This document shows positions 1 through 10,090 of a stretch of 64,000 nucleotides of DNA, one piece after another; within the stretch, counting starts at the first letter, position 1, and the number at the start of each line of letters is the position of its first letter. The translations under genes and the position numbers were made by a program. The notes under the pieces are model-generated. The model did not search any database. It was not told where the DNA came from and saw only the letters and a list, made by a program, of their open reading frames with translations. The stretch is from Gemmatimonadota bacterium (lineage in GTDB: Bacteria; Gemmatimonadota; Gemmatimonadetes; Gemmatimonadales; GWC2-71-9), in contig QHUU01000063.1 in the NCBI GenBank assembly GCA_003222155.1, positions 4,794 through 68,793 on the forward strand, in the 5' to 3' direction.

Positions 1-1
1 T

Positions 2-982
2 GGCGTGTCGCGTGTCACGACGGGGTGGCGGCTGCGGCGCCGGCTCGAGGAGGTGTTCCGGGCGGGCCGGTACGACATCGTGCACGTGCACGGGGGTCTG
101 GCGCCCACGTTCGGCCTGGCCGCGCCGTTCGCCGCCGGGCGGGCCGGCATCCCGGTGGTCGCCACCTTTCATTCGTGGTTTCCGCGCTCGGTCGCCTGCC
201 GGGTGTTCCGGCGGCCGCTCCAGAGGGTGCTCAACCGGCACGCGGCCACGATCGCGGTGAGCGAGCCGGTCGTGGACGCGAATTCCCGCTACTTCCGGGC
301 CGAGTGGGACGTCATCCCCAACGGCGTGGATACCAGCTTCTTCAAGCCCAACGGGCGCCGGCCCACGGACGCCCTCACCGACCACCCGCGGCTCCTGTTC
401 CTCGGGCGGATCGAGCCACGCAACGGGCTGGGCACGCTGCTCGAGGCCATGCCCCGGATACTGGCGCGCTATCCTGGCGCCGTCCTCACGGTCGCGGGAG
501 ACGGGCCGTGGCGGCGCTACTACGAGCGGCGCGCCTGGGCGGAGGGACTGGGCGCGAGTGTGCGGTTCGCCGGGCAGGTGTTCGAGGATCGTCCCGCCTA
601 CTACGGCTCGGCCGACCTGTACCTGTGCCCCACCACGATCGCGTCGTTCGGCGTGACGCTGCTCGAGGCGATGGCGTGCGGTACCCCGATGGTCGTGTCG
701 GACAACCTCGGCTTCCGGTCGGTAATCGCCGGCGGCGCCGAGGCGGTGGTCATCCCCAAGGACGATCCCGCCGTGTGGGCGGAGACAACCATCGCGCTGC
801 TGGGCGACCCGGAGCGCCGCGCGGCGATGGGGCGCGCGGGCGTGGAGAAGGCGCAGCGGTTCGCGTGGCCGCGGATCGCGCGGCAGGAGCTCGCGGTATA
901 CGAGCGCGTCCTGGGCCGGAGTGCCACGCCGCCGCGGCGTCCGACCCGCAGAGCGTCGGAGCTGGCCTCGGCGAGCTCCTGA
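2..982 (+). CDS. Glycosyltransferase, GT-B fold family 4/GT1 (N-terminus cut by window edge)
   Basis: Frame is open to base 2. C-terminal GT1/GT4 motifs are present (PRLLFLGRIEPRNGL, FGVTLLEAMACGTPMVVSD). Confidence 0.8.
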   Translation, partial: GVSRVTTGWRLRRRLEEVFRAGRYDIVHVHGGLAPTFGLAAPFAAGRAGIPVVATFHSWFPRSVACRVFRRPLQRVLNRHAATIAVSEPVVDANSRYFRAEWDVIPNGVDTSFFKPNGRRPTDALTDHPRLLFLGRIEPRNGLGTLLEAMPRILARYPGAVLTVAGDGPWRRYYERRAWAEGLGASVRFAGQVFEDRPAYYGSADLYLCPTTIASFGVTLLEAMACGTPMVVSDNLGFRSVIAGGAEAVVIPKDDPAVWAETTIALLGDPERRAAMGRAGVEKAQRFAWPRIARQELAVYERVLGRSATPPRRPTRRASELASASS

Positions 983-993
983 GCGGTCTCGCG

Positions 994-2256
994 TCAGGTC
1001 ACCGTGGGGTTCATGACGCGGCCGAGGAATAGAATCGTTCCCGAGAGCCGCTCGCGGATCGCGAAGACAAACGGCCGATCCACCACGAGGGACGACGGCA
1101 GGCTCGTGAGACCGATCCCGACCGAGGTCGCGGCCGCCGCCTCCGTGCCCTCCTCGTTCACGTCCACGAAGGCCTTGTGCTTGACGTTCGTGATACACAG
1201 CGCCCCGGTCGGGTTCATACGCGTGAAGTCGGCGCCTCCCGAGCCGCAGAACGCCGACGGCATTCCGAGCGCCACGAGCACGTCCTTCATGCTCAGGCCA
1301 TACGTGAGCGTGAATTTCGGTAGCAACACCTCGAACGACCCGGAATCAAGGCCGGCGATCCAGGCGTTCCAGCGCTCGCTCGTCAATCCCTGGACCAAAG
1401 AGTCGATCCCGCCGGCGTTCTGTGGCAGCGCGATCGTCATGCTGAACGCCTCGCCCCCGTACGGCAGATTGAGCACGGTCACCCCGTCGACACTCGCAAT
1501 ACCAACTGGGACGGTGCGCCCGTGCTTCATCATCGGTACCATGGCTGCGGCGCCGTTCGCCAGCCTGAACGTCCCAGGCCGGGTCAGGCCCTTGTCGAAC
1601 CGAGCAGTCCAGCGTCCCTTGAAGTAGATCGCGTTGATCAGGTACGCGACGACGTCCGAACCGATCGGATCGGGCACGATGGTCGGGATCTTGCCGCGGG
1701 TCTGATCGCTCACCCAGCGGTTGATCGTGGACGCAGCGGCGGGACTCCTGAAGTCGAGGCTCTCGACTCTGGCGTCGAAGTACGACTTCATCGTTGCGAG
1801 GAAGTCGGGCGTCGGCGCATATCGCGGGTCCGGGTCGTACCACACGGAGTTGGCGAGCGTGAACGCCACTTGCGGGTCGAGCCCCCGCAACAAGGCGATC
1901 AAGCTGCGGTACGATTGGTCGACGTCGTCGAGCGTCATGCCGTCGAGCTGGAGTACCTGTCGCATCTCCGTCTGCGTGGTGCCGCCGGCCCCGTTGTATG
2001 CCATGGCGAGCGCCATCGCGGCGCTGAGCGGCGAGACGAAGAGGTTCGAGTCGGGGCTCGCCTGGCGCGCGATCTCGCCGAAGAGATTGAAGGCGAACCG
2101 GTTGTCCGCGGTGATGAGTCCGGTTTCCGCGGCGCTCAGCGTGCGCGGCAGAGCGGTGATCGGTTGCGGGGCGGTGAGGGAGGGCTCGCCGCATTGCGCG
2201 ACGAGCGTTCCGATAGCGGCCGCCAGCAGGGGACGGACGATAGACCTCATGTACAA
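994..2256 (-). CDS. Secreted serpin-family serine protease inhibitor
   Basis: N-terminal signal sequence and serpin body (SPLSAAMALAMAYNGAGGTT). Inhibitory-type hinge and reactive-centre loop NEEGTEAAAATSVGIGLTS followed by DRPFVFAIRE. Confidence 0.9.
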   Translation of the reverse strand: MYMRSIVRPLLAAAIGTLVAQCGEPSLTAPQPITALPRTLSAAETGLITADNRFAFNLFGEIARQASPDSNLFVSPLSAAMALAMAYNGAGGTTQTEMRQVLQLDGMTLDDVDQSYRSLIALLRGLDPQVAFTLANSVWYDPDPRYAPTPDFLATMKSYFDARVESLDFRSPAAASTINRWVSDQTRGKIPTIVPDPIGSDVVAYLINAIYFKGRWTARFDKGLTRPGTFRLANGAAAMVPMMKHGRTVPVGIASVDGVTVLNLPYGGEAFSMTIALPQNAGGIDSLVQGLTSERWNAWIAGLDSGSFEVLLPKFTLTYGLSMKDVLVALGMPSAFCGSGGADFTRMNPTGALCITNVKHKAFVDVNEEGTEAAAATSVGIGLTSLPSSLVVDRPFVFAIRERLSGTILFLGRVMNPTVT

Positions 2257-2335
2257 CTCCTGCGAGATAGGTACCTAGATTACCTCCGGGACCCCCCTAC
2301 GAGGTCACAATGCGCGTTCACGCCGCGTCGGTCGC

Positions 2336-3730
2336 ATGGTGTTGCCTCGTCGCCACGTTGGCAGTCGGTCCCGCCAGCGCGTGACGCAGCGTTCCTCCGC
2401 ACACCCCTCCCGCCTGCGACTCGGGCCCCTGGTCGCGGTGATGTTCTTCACCGTGTCGGGTGGGCCGTTCGGCTTGGAGGGGCTCGTCGCCTCGGTCGGG
2501 CCGGGCGTCGCGCTGCTGCTGCTCGTGGCCACGCCGCTGCTCTACAGCGTTCCCGAGACGCTGCTCGTGGGCGAGCTGGCGTCGATGCTCCCGGCCGAGG
2601 GCGGCTATTACCAGTGGGTGAAGCGGGCGTTCGGCCGGTTCTGGGGCTTCTGGAACGGCTGGCTGTCGTGGACCTACTCGCTGCTCGACATGGCGATCTA
2701 CCCGGTGCTCCTGATCCAGTATGTGGGCTTCTTCCTGCCCGGGCTCGGCGGGCTGGAACGCTGGCTCGTGGCGCTGGCGATGATCTGGGGGGCGACGTGG
2801 CTGAACCTGCGGGGGACGCGCGTGGTCGGCACGGCGTCGGGGTGGTTCGTGGCGGCGGTGCTGGCGCCGTTCGGCGTGCTCGCGGCCGTCGCGCTCACCC
2901 GCTGGATCGGGCACCCGGCAACACCTTTCCCGGTAAGGCCGTTTCACGCCGCCGGCACGTCGTTCCTGGGCGCTCTGGGGATCGGTGTCTCCCAGAGCAT
3001 CTGGAACTACAGCGGCTGGGACAACGCGTCGACCATCGGCGGTGAGATCGAGCAGGCATCGGCCACCTATCCGCGGGCTCTGGCCCGCGCGCTGCCGCTC
3101 GTGACGCTCGTCTATCTCCTCACGATCGTTCCCGTGTTGGCGCTCACCGAGTGGACGGTATGGACGGACGGCGCCTGGCCGGCGCTCGCGGGCGCCGTCG
3201 TGGGCGGATGGCTCGGCGTCTGGGTCGCGCTGGCGGGAATGCTCTCCGCGTTCGCGCTCTTCAACGCGCTGCTGCTCGTGTACTCGCGGATTCCCCTGGT
3301 GCTGGCGCAGGACGGTCTGTTGCCTGGGGCGCTGGCGCGCACCGATGCACGGGGCACGCCGGCGAACGCGGTGCTCGTCTCGGCCGGGGTGTACTCGATG
3401 TTCTCGCTCTTGCCGTTCGGCGGCCTGCTCGCGGGCGACGTGCTGCTGTACACGGCGGCGCTCGCGCTCGAGTTCGCGGCGCTGATCCGGCTGCGGCGCG
3501 TGGAGCCGACGTTGCGCGGCGCGTTCCGACTGCCGCTCGGCGTGCCGGGGCTGGTGGCGCTGGCCGCGCTGCCGCTGCTGCTGCTCGTCGTGGGCGTGGC
3601 GCTCGAGGTGCGAAGCCGCGCGATCGGGTTGCCTGGCGTGCTGGTGGCGGTGCTGCTCGCAGCGGCCGGGCCGCCCGTGTACGCGGGCCTGCGGGCGCGC
3701 GGGGCGCGGGCTTCCGGCGTCGCGCCCTAG
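2336..3730 (+). CDS. APC-superfamily amino acid/polyamine permease
   Basis: Polytopic hydrophobic protein with N-terminal FFTVSGGPFGLEG motif. The true start may lie downstream of the Arg-rich first ~30 codons. Confidence 0.85.
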   Translation: MVLPRRHVGSRSRQRVTQRSSAHPSRLRLGPLVAVMFFTVSGGPFGLEGLVASVGPGVALLLLVATPLLYSVPETLLVGELASMLPAEGGYYQWVKRAFGRFWGFWNGWLSWTYSLLDMAIYPVLLIQYVGFFLPGLGGLERWLVALAMIWGATWLNLRGTRVVGTASGWFVAAVLAPFGVLAAVALTRWIGHPATPFPVRPFHAAGTSFLGALGIGVSQSIWNYSGWDNASTIGGEIEQASATYPRALARALPLVTLVYLLTIVPVLALTEWTVWTDGAWPALAGAVVGGWLGVWVALAGMLSAFALFNALLLVYSRIPLVLAQDGLLPGALARTDARGTPANAVLVSAGVYSMFSLLPFGGLLAGDVLLYTAALALEFAALIRLRRVEPTLRGAFRLPLGVPGLVALAALPLLLLVVGVALEVRSRAIGLPGVLVAVLLAAAGPPVYAGLRARGARASGVAP

Positions 3731-3836
3731 ACAACCTGCCCCCTCCTTGCGGACCTCGGAAATCGCGCGCAACGTAGCGGGCGTTGAATTTTTCTGCGGC
3801 ACAGCCGCTACCCCTGTGCACCAGTAGGGAGGAACC

Positions 3837-6800
3837 GTGGTACAGCGCATCGTGCTGGTTTCGCTCGCGCTCGCGGCGGCCGTTGGAGCGCCACGCGCGT
3901 GGGCGCAGCAGCGCCAGATCACCGGTCGGGTTACAAACGCGACGAGCGGCGAGGCCGTGGCGAGAGCGAACGTGTCGGTCCAGGGGACGGCGATCAGCGC
4001 CGTGACCAGCGATCAAGGGGAGTTCTCCTTGGCCGGCCCCGAGGGCAATGCGAGGCTGTTGGTGCGACACATCGGGTTCAGACGCCGTGAGATTGCCGTG
4101 CCGTCATCCCAGGGGCGAGTGGAGGTCACGCTCGAGCCCGACGTGTTCAATCTCGAAGCGGTCGTGGTCACCGGTCTTGCGACCGGAGTCGAGCGGCGAA
4201 ACGCGGGGAACGCGGTGGCGACGGTCAGCGCGGCCGAGCTGGGGTTCGTTCCGACACCCAGCCTCGAGCAACAACTCCAGGGGAAGATCGCGGGCGCCGA
4301 TATCCAGCAGAACGGCGGCGCGCCCGGGGGCGGTCTGCAAGTCCGGCTCCGCGGTGTGACGTCGATCAACGCAACAGCCGAGCCGCTGTACGTCGTAGAC
4401 GGCGTCATCGTGAGCGACGTCGCGATTCCGTCCAATCAGAACGCGGTCACGGCCGCGGCCGGGGGATCGAATCCTTCGCTCAACCAGGACGCACAAGTGA
4501 ACCGCATCGCCGATCTCAACCCCAGCGACTTCGAGAGCATCGAGATCCTGCGCGGAGCGTCGGCCGGTGCCATTTATGGCCAGAAGGCGTCGAACGGTGT
4601 CGTGATCATCAAGACCAAGCGGGGGCAGGCCGGCGTGTCGCAGGTCGGCTTCACCCAGCGTTTCGGGTTCTCCGAGATTTCGAACACGGTGGGCTCGCGG
4701 GTCTTCCGGGACACGACTGATGCGTTTGGCGCGTTCGCTCCGGTCGTACCCCGGGACACGGCGACGCGTAGGCTCATCAGGGGTCTATGCGCCCTGCCGA
4801 ACGGTGCCTGTCCCTTCTTCGATCTCGAGCGCGAGCTGGCGGGGCTCAGGCCGCTGTCTTTCGAGTCCGGGGCCAGCGTATCGGGTGGCACCGAGAACAC
4901 CCAGTACTTCGCCTCAGGGACGGTGAAAGACGATGGCGGCATCATCCAGAACACGGGATTCAAGCGGCAAGCGCTGCGGCTGAACCTCGACCAGCGACTC
5001 GGGTCGAGAGTGCGGGCCAGTCTCAACACCAGCTACATGCACACCCTCGCGCAGCGCGGTCTTTCGAACAACGACAACACCGGGACCAGCTTCTACGTCG
5101 TGCTGTCCGCCACGCCGAGCTTCGTGAACCTCGGCATACAGCCCGGCGACACGTTCGCGCGTAACCCGTTCGTGCCGAGCAATCCCGTGCAGACCGCCGC
5201 GCTGATGAAGAACAACGAGGACGTGTATCGATTCATCGGGGGAGCGAATCTGCAGTGGGACGCCGTGCAGTCAGCTGGGCACTATCTCCGCTTCATTACG
5301 CTCGGTGGCGCGGACTACTTCAATCAGGATAACGCGCTGTTTTTCCCGCCCGAGTTGCAGTTCGAGCCCAACGACGGCTTGCCGGGCACCTCACTCCTGA
5401 CCAACAGCGGCAGCCTGAACCTGAATCTGAACACCAGCGCCGTCCATACCTATACGCCGAGCAGCAACGCCTTCTCCGCCACGACGTCCCTGGGCGTCCA
5501 GTATGGCTGGCGCCGGCTCGACATCTCGCGCATCACCAGCCGGAACCTCACGGCCGGGCAGGAGAACGTGGATGCCGGGACCAATATCGTGATCGGCCCC
5601 GAGCGGCGGGAGAGAATCAAGGACCTCGGTTTCTTTGCGCAGGAAGAGTTCCTGGCCAGCGATCAGCGCCTTCTCCTCACAGCCGGCATTCGAGCGGATC
5701 AGAGCAGCCTCAACGCAGACCCGAATAAGCTGCACTACTTTCCCAAGGCGTCCGCATCCTACCGGTTCCTCAAGCCGAAGAGCTTCGTGGATGAACTGAA
5801 GATTCGGGGGGCGTACGGCGAGTCCGGTAACGAACCGGCTTATGGGCAGAGGTTCACATCGCTGCGCGCCACCAGCAAGGTCGGCGGTCTGCCCGGCACC
5901 GTGGCTGGCGACACCACGGGAGCCCCCGACCTGGGGCCGGAGCGGGAACGGGAAATCGAGGCTGGTTTCGACGCCACTCTGTGGAGTGGGCGCGGGAACC
6001 TCGAGGTGACCGGCTACCAGAAGAACGTCAGTGACCTCCTCCTCCCGCGGCAGCTCGCGCCCGTCCAGGGTGTGAACACCCTGATCGCGAACGGCGGGAA
6101 GCTGCGGACGCGAGGCCTCGAGGTGACCCTAGGCCTCATCCCCGTGCAGCAGAGCGACCTGAGCTGGATCTTCCGGACGACCTTCTCGCTCAACCGGAGC
6201 GTCATCACCGATCTGGCCGGGCTGCCGTTGTTCCGCGCCGGTGGGTTTGGGGCCTCGCTCGGTCAGTTCCGCGTGGAGAAAGGCGCGTCGGCGACGCAGA
6301 TCGTCGGCAACGACACGCTTACAGCCGCCGACGTCGCCAGCACCACGTACGACTACCTGGGAGCCGCCGACACAACGGGCACCGTCGTGGTTCGTAAGAT
6401 CGGCGACGCCAACCCCGACTTCCGGATGGCCTTCACCAACGACTTCAGGTGGAAGCATTTTGACCTGCACGTCCTCCTCGACTGGCAGCACGGGGGCAGC
6501 ATCCTCAATCTCACCAGACTGCTGTACGACTTCGGGCAGGTGACGGCCGACTACGCCGTACCCCTGCGCGACACGGTCGTGGTTCCCACCAGTGACACCA
6601 CCGCGGACACTCTGCGGACGGTGGGCCAGAAGCGGATCTATGGCTTCGGCAAGGTGGCGAAGAATTTCGTCGAGAGCGCGACGTTCTTGAAGCTGCGGGA
6701 GGTCACGCTGACCTATACGTTGCCGCCCTCCGCGATGACCAGCTTCTGGCGCGGGGCGCGTTACGTCCGGCTGAGCGCCAGCGCCCGCAACCTCTTCACG

Positions 6801-6929
6801 ATCGCGCCCTTCACCGGGCTCGATCCGGAAGTGAGCAACTTCGGCAACCAGCCGATTGCGCGGAACATCGACGTCACACCGTTCCCGCCCAGTCGGAGCT
6901 TCTGGTTCTCGATCGACCTGGGGCTTTGA
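3837..6929 (+). CDS. SusC/RagA-type TonB-dependent outer-membrane transporter
   Basis: GTG start after GGGAGG and a signal peptide. Carboxypeptidase-regulatory-like N-domain (ITGRVTNATSGEAVARANVSV), plug (IEILRGASAGAIYGQKASNGVVIIKTKRG) and a long beta-barrel ending FWFSIDLGL. Confidence 0.9.
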   Translation: MVQRIVLVSLALAAAVGAPRAWAQQRQITGRVTNATSGEAVARANVSVQGTAISAVTSDQGEFSLAGPEGNARLLVRHIGFRRREIAVPSSQGRVEVTLEPDVFNLEAVVVTGLATGVERRNAGNAVATVSAAELGFVPTPSLEQQLQGKIAGADIQQNGGAPGGGLQVRLRGVTSINATAEPLYVVDGVIVSDVAIPSNQNAVTAAAGGSNPSLNQDAQVNRIADLNPSDFESIEILRGASAGAIYGQKASNGVVIIKTKRGQAGVSQVGFTQRFGFSEISNTVGSRVFRDTTDAFGAFAPVVPRDTATRRLIRGLCALPNGACPFFDLERELAGLRPLSFESGASVSGGTENTQYFASGTVKDDGGIIQNTGFKRQALRLNLDQRLGSRVRASLNTSYMHTLAQRGLSNNDNTGTSFYVVLSATPSFVNLGIQPGDTFARNPFVPSNPVQTAALMKNNEDVYRFIGGANLQWDAVQSAGHYLRFITLGGADYFNQDNALFFPPELQFEPNDGLPGTSLLTNSGSLNLNLNTSAVHTYTPSSNAFSATTSLGVQYGWRRLDISRITSRNLTAGQENVDAGTNIVIGPERRERIKDLGFFAQEEFLASDQRLLLTAGIRADQSSLNADPNKLHYFPKASASYRFLKPKSFVDELKIRGAYGESGNEPAYGQRFTSLRATSKVGGLPGTVAGDTTGAPDLGPEREREIEAGFDATLWSGRGNLEVTGYQKNVSDLLLPRQLAPVQGVNTLIANGGKLRTRGLEVTLGLIPVQQSDLSWIFRTTFSLNRSVITDLAGLPLFRAGGFGASLGQFRVEKGASATQIVGNDTLTAADVASTTYDYLGAADTTGTVVVRKIGDANPDFRMAFTNDFRWKHFDLHVLLDWQHGGSILNLTRLLYDFGQVTADYAVPLRDTVVVPTSDTTADTLRTVGQKRIYGFGKVAKNFVESATFLKLREVTLTYTLPPSAMTSFWRGARYVRLSASARNLFTIAPFTGLDPEVSNFGNQPIARNIDVTPFPPSRSFWFSIDLGL

Positions 6930-6958
6930 CCATGCGGCCACCTTCGAGGACTCGACCC

Positions 6959-8353
6959 ATGCGAACGAAGAACCTGCTGGCCGCACTGGTTGGGCTGGGG
7001 CTCGCCACCGGTTGCAAGGATCTCAACGTACCGAACCTGAACTCGCCGGCATTGGACGACCTTCTGACCAACCCCACGCGGTCGAAGATTGCCACCGCCG
7101 CCACAGGGTTGCTGATCGGGACACGGGCCGGGATAGCCGCGCAGAACGGGTACGTCTCGCTGCTCGGGATCGTGGGCCGAGAATCCTACAACTTCGACCC
7201 GGCCGATCCTCGCTTCGTGACGGAAATGATGGTCGGACCGCTCGATGGCGGTAGCCCCGCGTTCGGCGGTAACCTATGGGGCTTGCCCTATCGCAACATC
7301 CTGAATGCGAACGTCGTGCTCGCGGCAACCGACCGGGTTCCGGCAGTGACGAACGCGGAGAAGGAAGCCGTGCGAGGCTTCGCCAAAACCATCGAGGCAT
7401 TCGACCTCCTGAAGGTCATCGTCACGCGCGATGCCAACGGCGCGGCGATCGACGTCGGGATCGATCTGACCGCGCCACCGGCGCCCATTGTGACGAAGGC
7501 GGCGGTGTTTGCCCGTATCGTGCAACTGCTCGATGAAGCGCAAACCCACCTGCAGGCGGCGAGCGCGACGTTCCCGTTCCCCCTCCCCGCCGGGTTCGCG
7601 GGGTTCAGCACACCGGGCACATTTCTGCAATTCAACCGCGCCCTCCGCGCCCGGGCTGCGGTGTACACCGACGACTTCGCCGGCGCGTTGACCGCGCTCG
7701 GCGCCTCGTTCATTGACACCACCAAGTCCCTCAACTTGGGCGTGTATTACGACTACAGCACGGTGTCCGGGGACGAGACGAACGCGTTGTTCGACCCGAA
7801 CGCCCGCGCAATCCTGGCGCATCCCTCCTTCAACGCGGACGCGCAGCTGCAGACAAGCGGCCAGAAGGACGACCGATTCCTGCGGAAGATCGACACGCTG
7901 TCGGCGCCGAAGAGCGCCCAGGGGCTCACGTCGGACTTGCAGTTCGTCATCTACAACGCCGTCGATGCTCCGATCCCGATCATCCGCAACGAAGAGCTGA
8001 TCCTGCTGCGTGCCGAGGCGAACGTTGGGCTGAACACGGCCGGAAGCCTGGCTGCGGCGGTTACGGACCTGAATACGGTCCGCGTCAAGTCAGGGAAGTT
8101 GCCGGTGTATGCGGGTGCGGTGACGCAGGCGGCACTCCTGGACGAACTGCTGTACAACAAACGCTATTCCTTGATGTTCGAAGGCGGGCACCGGTGGATT
8201 GATCTGCGGCACTACAGCCGGCTGAACACGCTGCCTCAGGATCCGACCAGCGGCGGCGCGTCCAAGCGGTTCAGCAAGTTCCCGTTCCCGGGATTCGAGT
8301 GCGATGCGCGGAGCCCCGCACCGGCGGGGTGCGCGACCGAGACGGGATTTTAG
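6959..8353 (+). CDS. SusD/RagB-family outer-membrane lipoprotein
   Basis: Lipoprotein signal MRTKNLLAALVGLGLATGC, immediately after the SusC gene. C-terminal EGGHRWIDLRHYSRL region is typical of SusD-like proteins. Alternative in-frame starts at 6926 and 6932. Confidence 0.85.
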   Translation: MRTKNLLAALVGLGLATGCKDLNVPNLNSPALDDLLTNPTRSKIATAATGLLIGTRAGIAAQNGYVSLLGIVGRESYNFDPADPRFVTEMMVGPLDGGSPAFGGNLWGLPYRNILNANVVLAATDRVPAVTNAEKEAVRGFAKTIEAFDLLKVIVTRDANGAAIDVGIDLTAPPAPIVTKAAVFARIVQLLDEAQTHLQAASATFPFPLPAGFAGFSTPGTFLQFNRALRARAAVYTDDFAGALTALGASFIDTTKSLNLGVYYDYSTVSGDETNALFDPNARAILAHPSFNADAQLQTSGQKDDRFLRKIDTLSAPKSAQGLTSDLQFVIYNAVDAPIPIIRNEELILLRAEANVGLNTAGSLAAAVTDLNTVRVKSGKLPVYAGAVTQAALLDELLYNKRYSLMFEGGHRWIDLRHYSRLNTLPQDPTSGGASKRFSKFPFPGFECDARSPAPAGCATETGF

Positions 8354-8375
8354 GCGACTCCGACCCTACCGACAC

Positions 8376-8406
8376 ACCGCCGGGCGCGGCTGGAGCGCCC
8401 GGCGGT
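8376..8406. terminator. GC-rich hairpin between convergent genes (bidirectional terminator candidate)
   Basis: ACCGCCGGGCGC / GCGCCCGGCGGT forms a 12-bp perfect stem with a 7-nt loop, followed by TTTA. It lies between the SusD stop (8353) and the peptidase stop (8437). Confidence 0.5.
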
Positions 8407-8436
8407 TTACCTTGCCCATCTCTAGCCTCAGCAGCC

Positions 8437-9948
8437 TCAGCCGCGTGCCACCTCGTACAGATACTCCACGTACGAGCGCGCCGCCCCGTCGATCCCCCGC
8501 ACGTTGGCGTTCTGCGACTCGATCACGTAGTACTCGTCGGGCGCGTGCGCACCGCTGCCGTGCCCCAGCCCGAAATGGCCGGCCGGGAGCCGCAGCGGAT
8601 CGCCCGTGAACACGTAGCCCGGCCACGAGCCCGCGATGCGCGGCAGGATCACGGGATCGATGCCGGAGCGGCGATACACGGCGACCTGCGCTTTGATGAG
8701 CGCCGCGTCGCCCGCCGTGGTGGTGGGATCGTAGCCACCCGTCATGTTCACTTCGATGTCGCCGAACCCGCGCTTCGCGAGGTGCGCCTTGAGCAGGGCG
8801 AGCGACTCGGCCGCCGTCATATCTGGCACGAGCCGCAGGTCGAGCTTCGCCACCGCGCGGTGCGGCAGGATGGTCTTGCCGCCCGGGCCGGTGTAGCCGC
8901 CGACCAGACCTTCGATGTTGACCGTGGGGCGCGACACGAGGCGCTCCAGCGCCTCGACCCAGCTCACGTCGTGCACCCAGTGGTCCACGCCCATCTCTCG
9001 CTTCGCGACCGCCTCGTCGAGGCGGCGCGCCGCCGCCGCCACCATCGCCTTGTCACCTGCCGACAGGGGGCGGGCCTTGTCGGCGTAGCCGTCGATGGCC
9101 GGCTCGTTGCCGTCGGGCGAGACCAGCGTCGCCAGCGCCTCGACCAGATGCCACGCCGGGCTGTCCACGCGGGCCTTGTTGCTCGAGTGAATGTCTTTCT
9201 TGGGCCCGCGCCCCCACCGCTCCCCGCTCGAGACGAGCTCGCACTCGATCACGCCTTTGGCGCCGAGCGTGATGGTCACCTGGCCGTCGGACGCCTGGGC
9301 CGCCGAGGGCATGAAGATCCCCGCGACGCGTCGCAGGGCGGCCTGGACCTCCGGCCGGCGCACGATCTGCGGGAAATGGGGCGAGCCGATCTCCTCCTCG
9401 CCCTCGGCCACGAGCACGAAGTTGAGCGGCGGCTTCTTGCCGGCGGCGCGAATGGCGTGCAGCGCGGCGAGGAAGGTCGCCTCCGGGCCCTTTTGGTTCA
9501 CGGCGCCGCGGCCGATCAGCACCTTGCCGAACCCGGGACGGTCGACGATGGCCGCCGCCCAGGGCGGCGACGACCACTCGGCCGGGTCGACCTGCTTGAC
9601 GTCGTACATGAAGTACAGGCCGAGCGTGCGCGGGGCGCCGGCGTCGAGCGTCGCGAAGATGCCGGGCTGGCCGTCGGTCGGGATTTTCGTCACCTGGTCG
9701 AAGCCCGCGTCTTTGAGCATGCGCATGGTGAGCTCGCAGCCCTCGTTCACGCCGCGGTTCTCGGCGGCGATGGACGGTTGTCGGATCCACTCCTGCAGGC
9801 GTGCCACGGCTTCGTCGTGGCGCTTTTCGATCTCCGTGAAGATCGGGGCGAGGTCGTCGGCGCGCGGCGACGGCGGCACGCTGGGCCAGGCGAGGGCGGC
9901 GGTGGCGGCGGCGGTGCGCTCGAGGAAGGTGCGGCGGTCCACGCTCAT
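8437..9948 (-). CDS. Tat-exported M20-family metallopeptidase/dipeptidase
   Basis: Twin-arginine signal MSVDRRTFLERTAAATAALA. M20 body (GRGAVNQKGP, VAEGEEEIGSP, C-terminal GHGSGAHAPDEY). Confidence 0.9.
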   Translation of the reverse strand: MSVDRRTFLERTAAATAALAWPSVPPSPRADDLAPIFTEIEKRHDEAVARLQEWIRQPSIAAENRGVNEGCELTMRMLKDAGFDQVTKIPTDGQPGIFATLDAGAPRTLGLYFMYDVKQVDPAEWSSPPWAAAIVDRPGFGKVLIGRGAVNQKGPEATFLAALHAIRAAGKKPPLNFVLVAEGEEEIGSPHFPQIVRRPEVQAALRRVAGIFMPSAAQASDGQVTITLGAKGVIECELVSSGERWGRGPKKDIHSSNKARVDSPAWHLVEALATLVSPDGNEPAIDGYADKARPLSAGDKAMVAAAARRLDEAVAKREMGVDHWVHDVSWVEALERLVSRPTVNIEGLVGGYTGPGGKTILPHRAVAKLDLRLVPDMTAAESLALLKAHLAKRGFGDIEVNMTGGYDPTTTAGDAALIKAQVAVYRRSGIDPVILPRIAGSWPGYVFTGDPLRLPAGHFGLGHGSGAHAPDEYYVIESQNANVRGIDGAARSYVEYLYEVARG

Positions 9949-9959
9949 GAACGGCCTCC

Positions 9960-9991
9960 GGGGTGTCGGGGTCGGGGCAGGGGGCGGGGGG
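9960..9991 (+). other. G-quadruplex-forming motif in a divergent intergenic region
   Basis: Five G-runs of at least 4 with 1-4 nt loops: GGGG TGTC GGGG TC GGGG CA GGGGG C GGGGGG. Confidence 0.5.
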
Positions 9992-10090
9992 CGCGTTTCA
10001 ACTTAGCCTCGCGGCCCCTTCTTGCGGAGGTGCCGAACGGACCGCAGCATATGGGGGGTTTTCGTGCGGCTCACCGCTCGAGGAGGCTTC

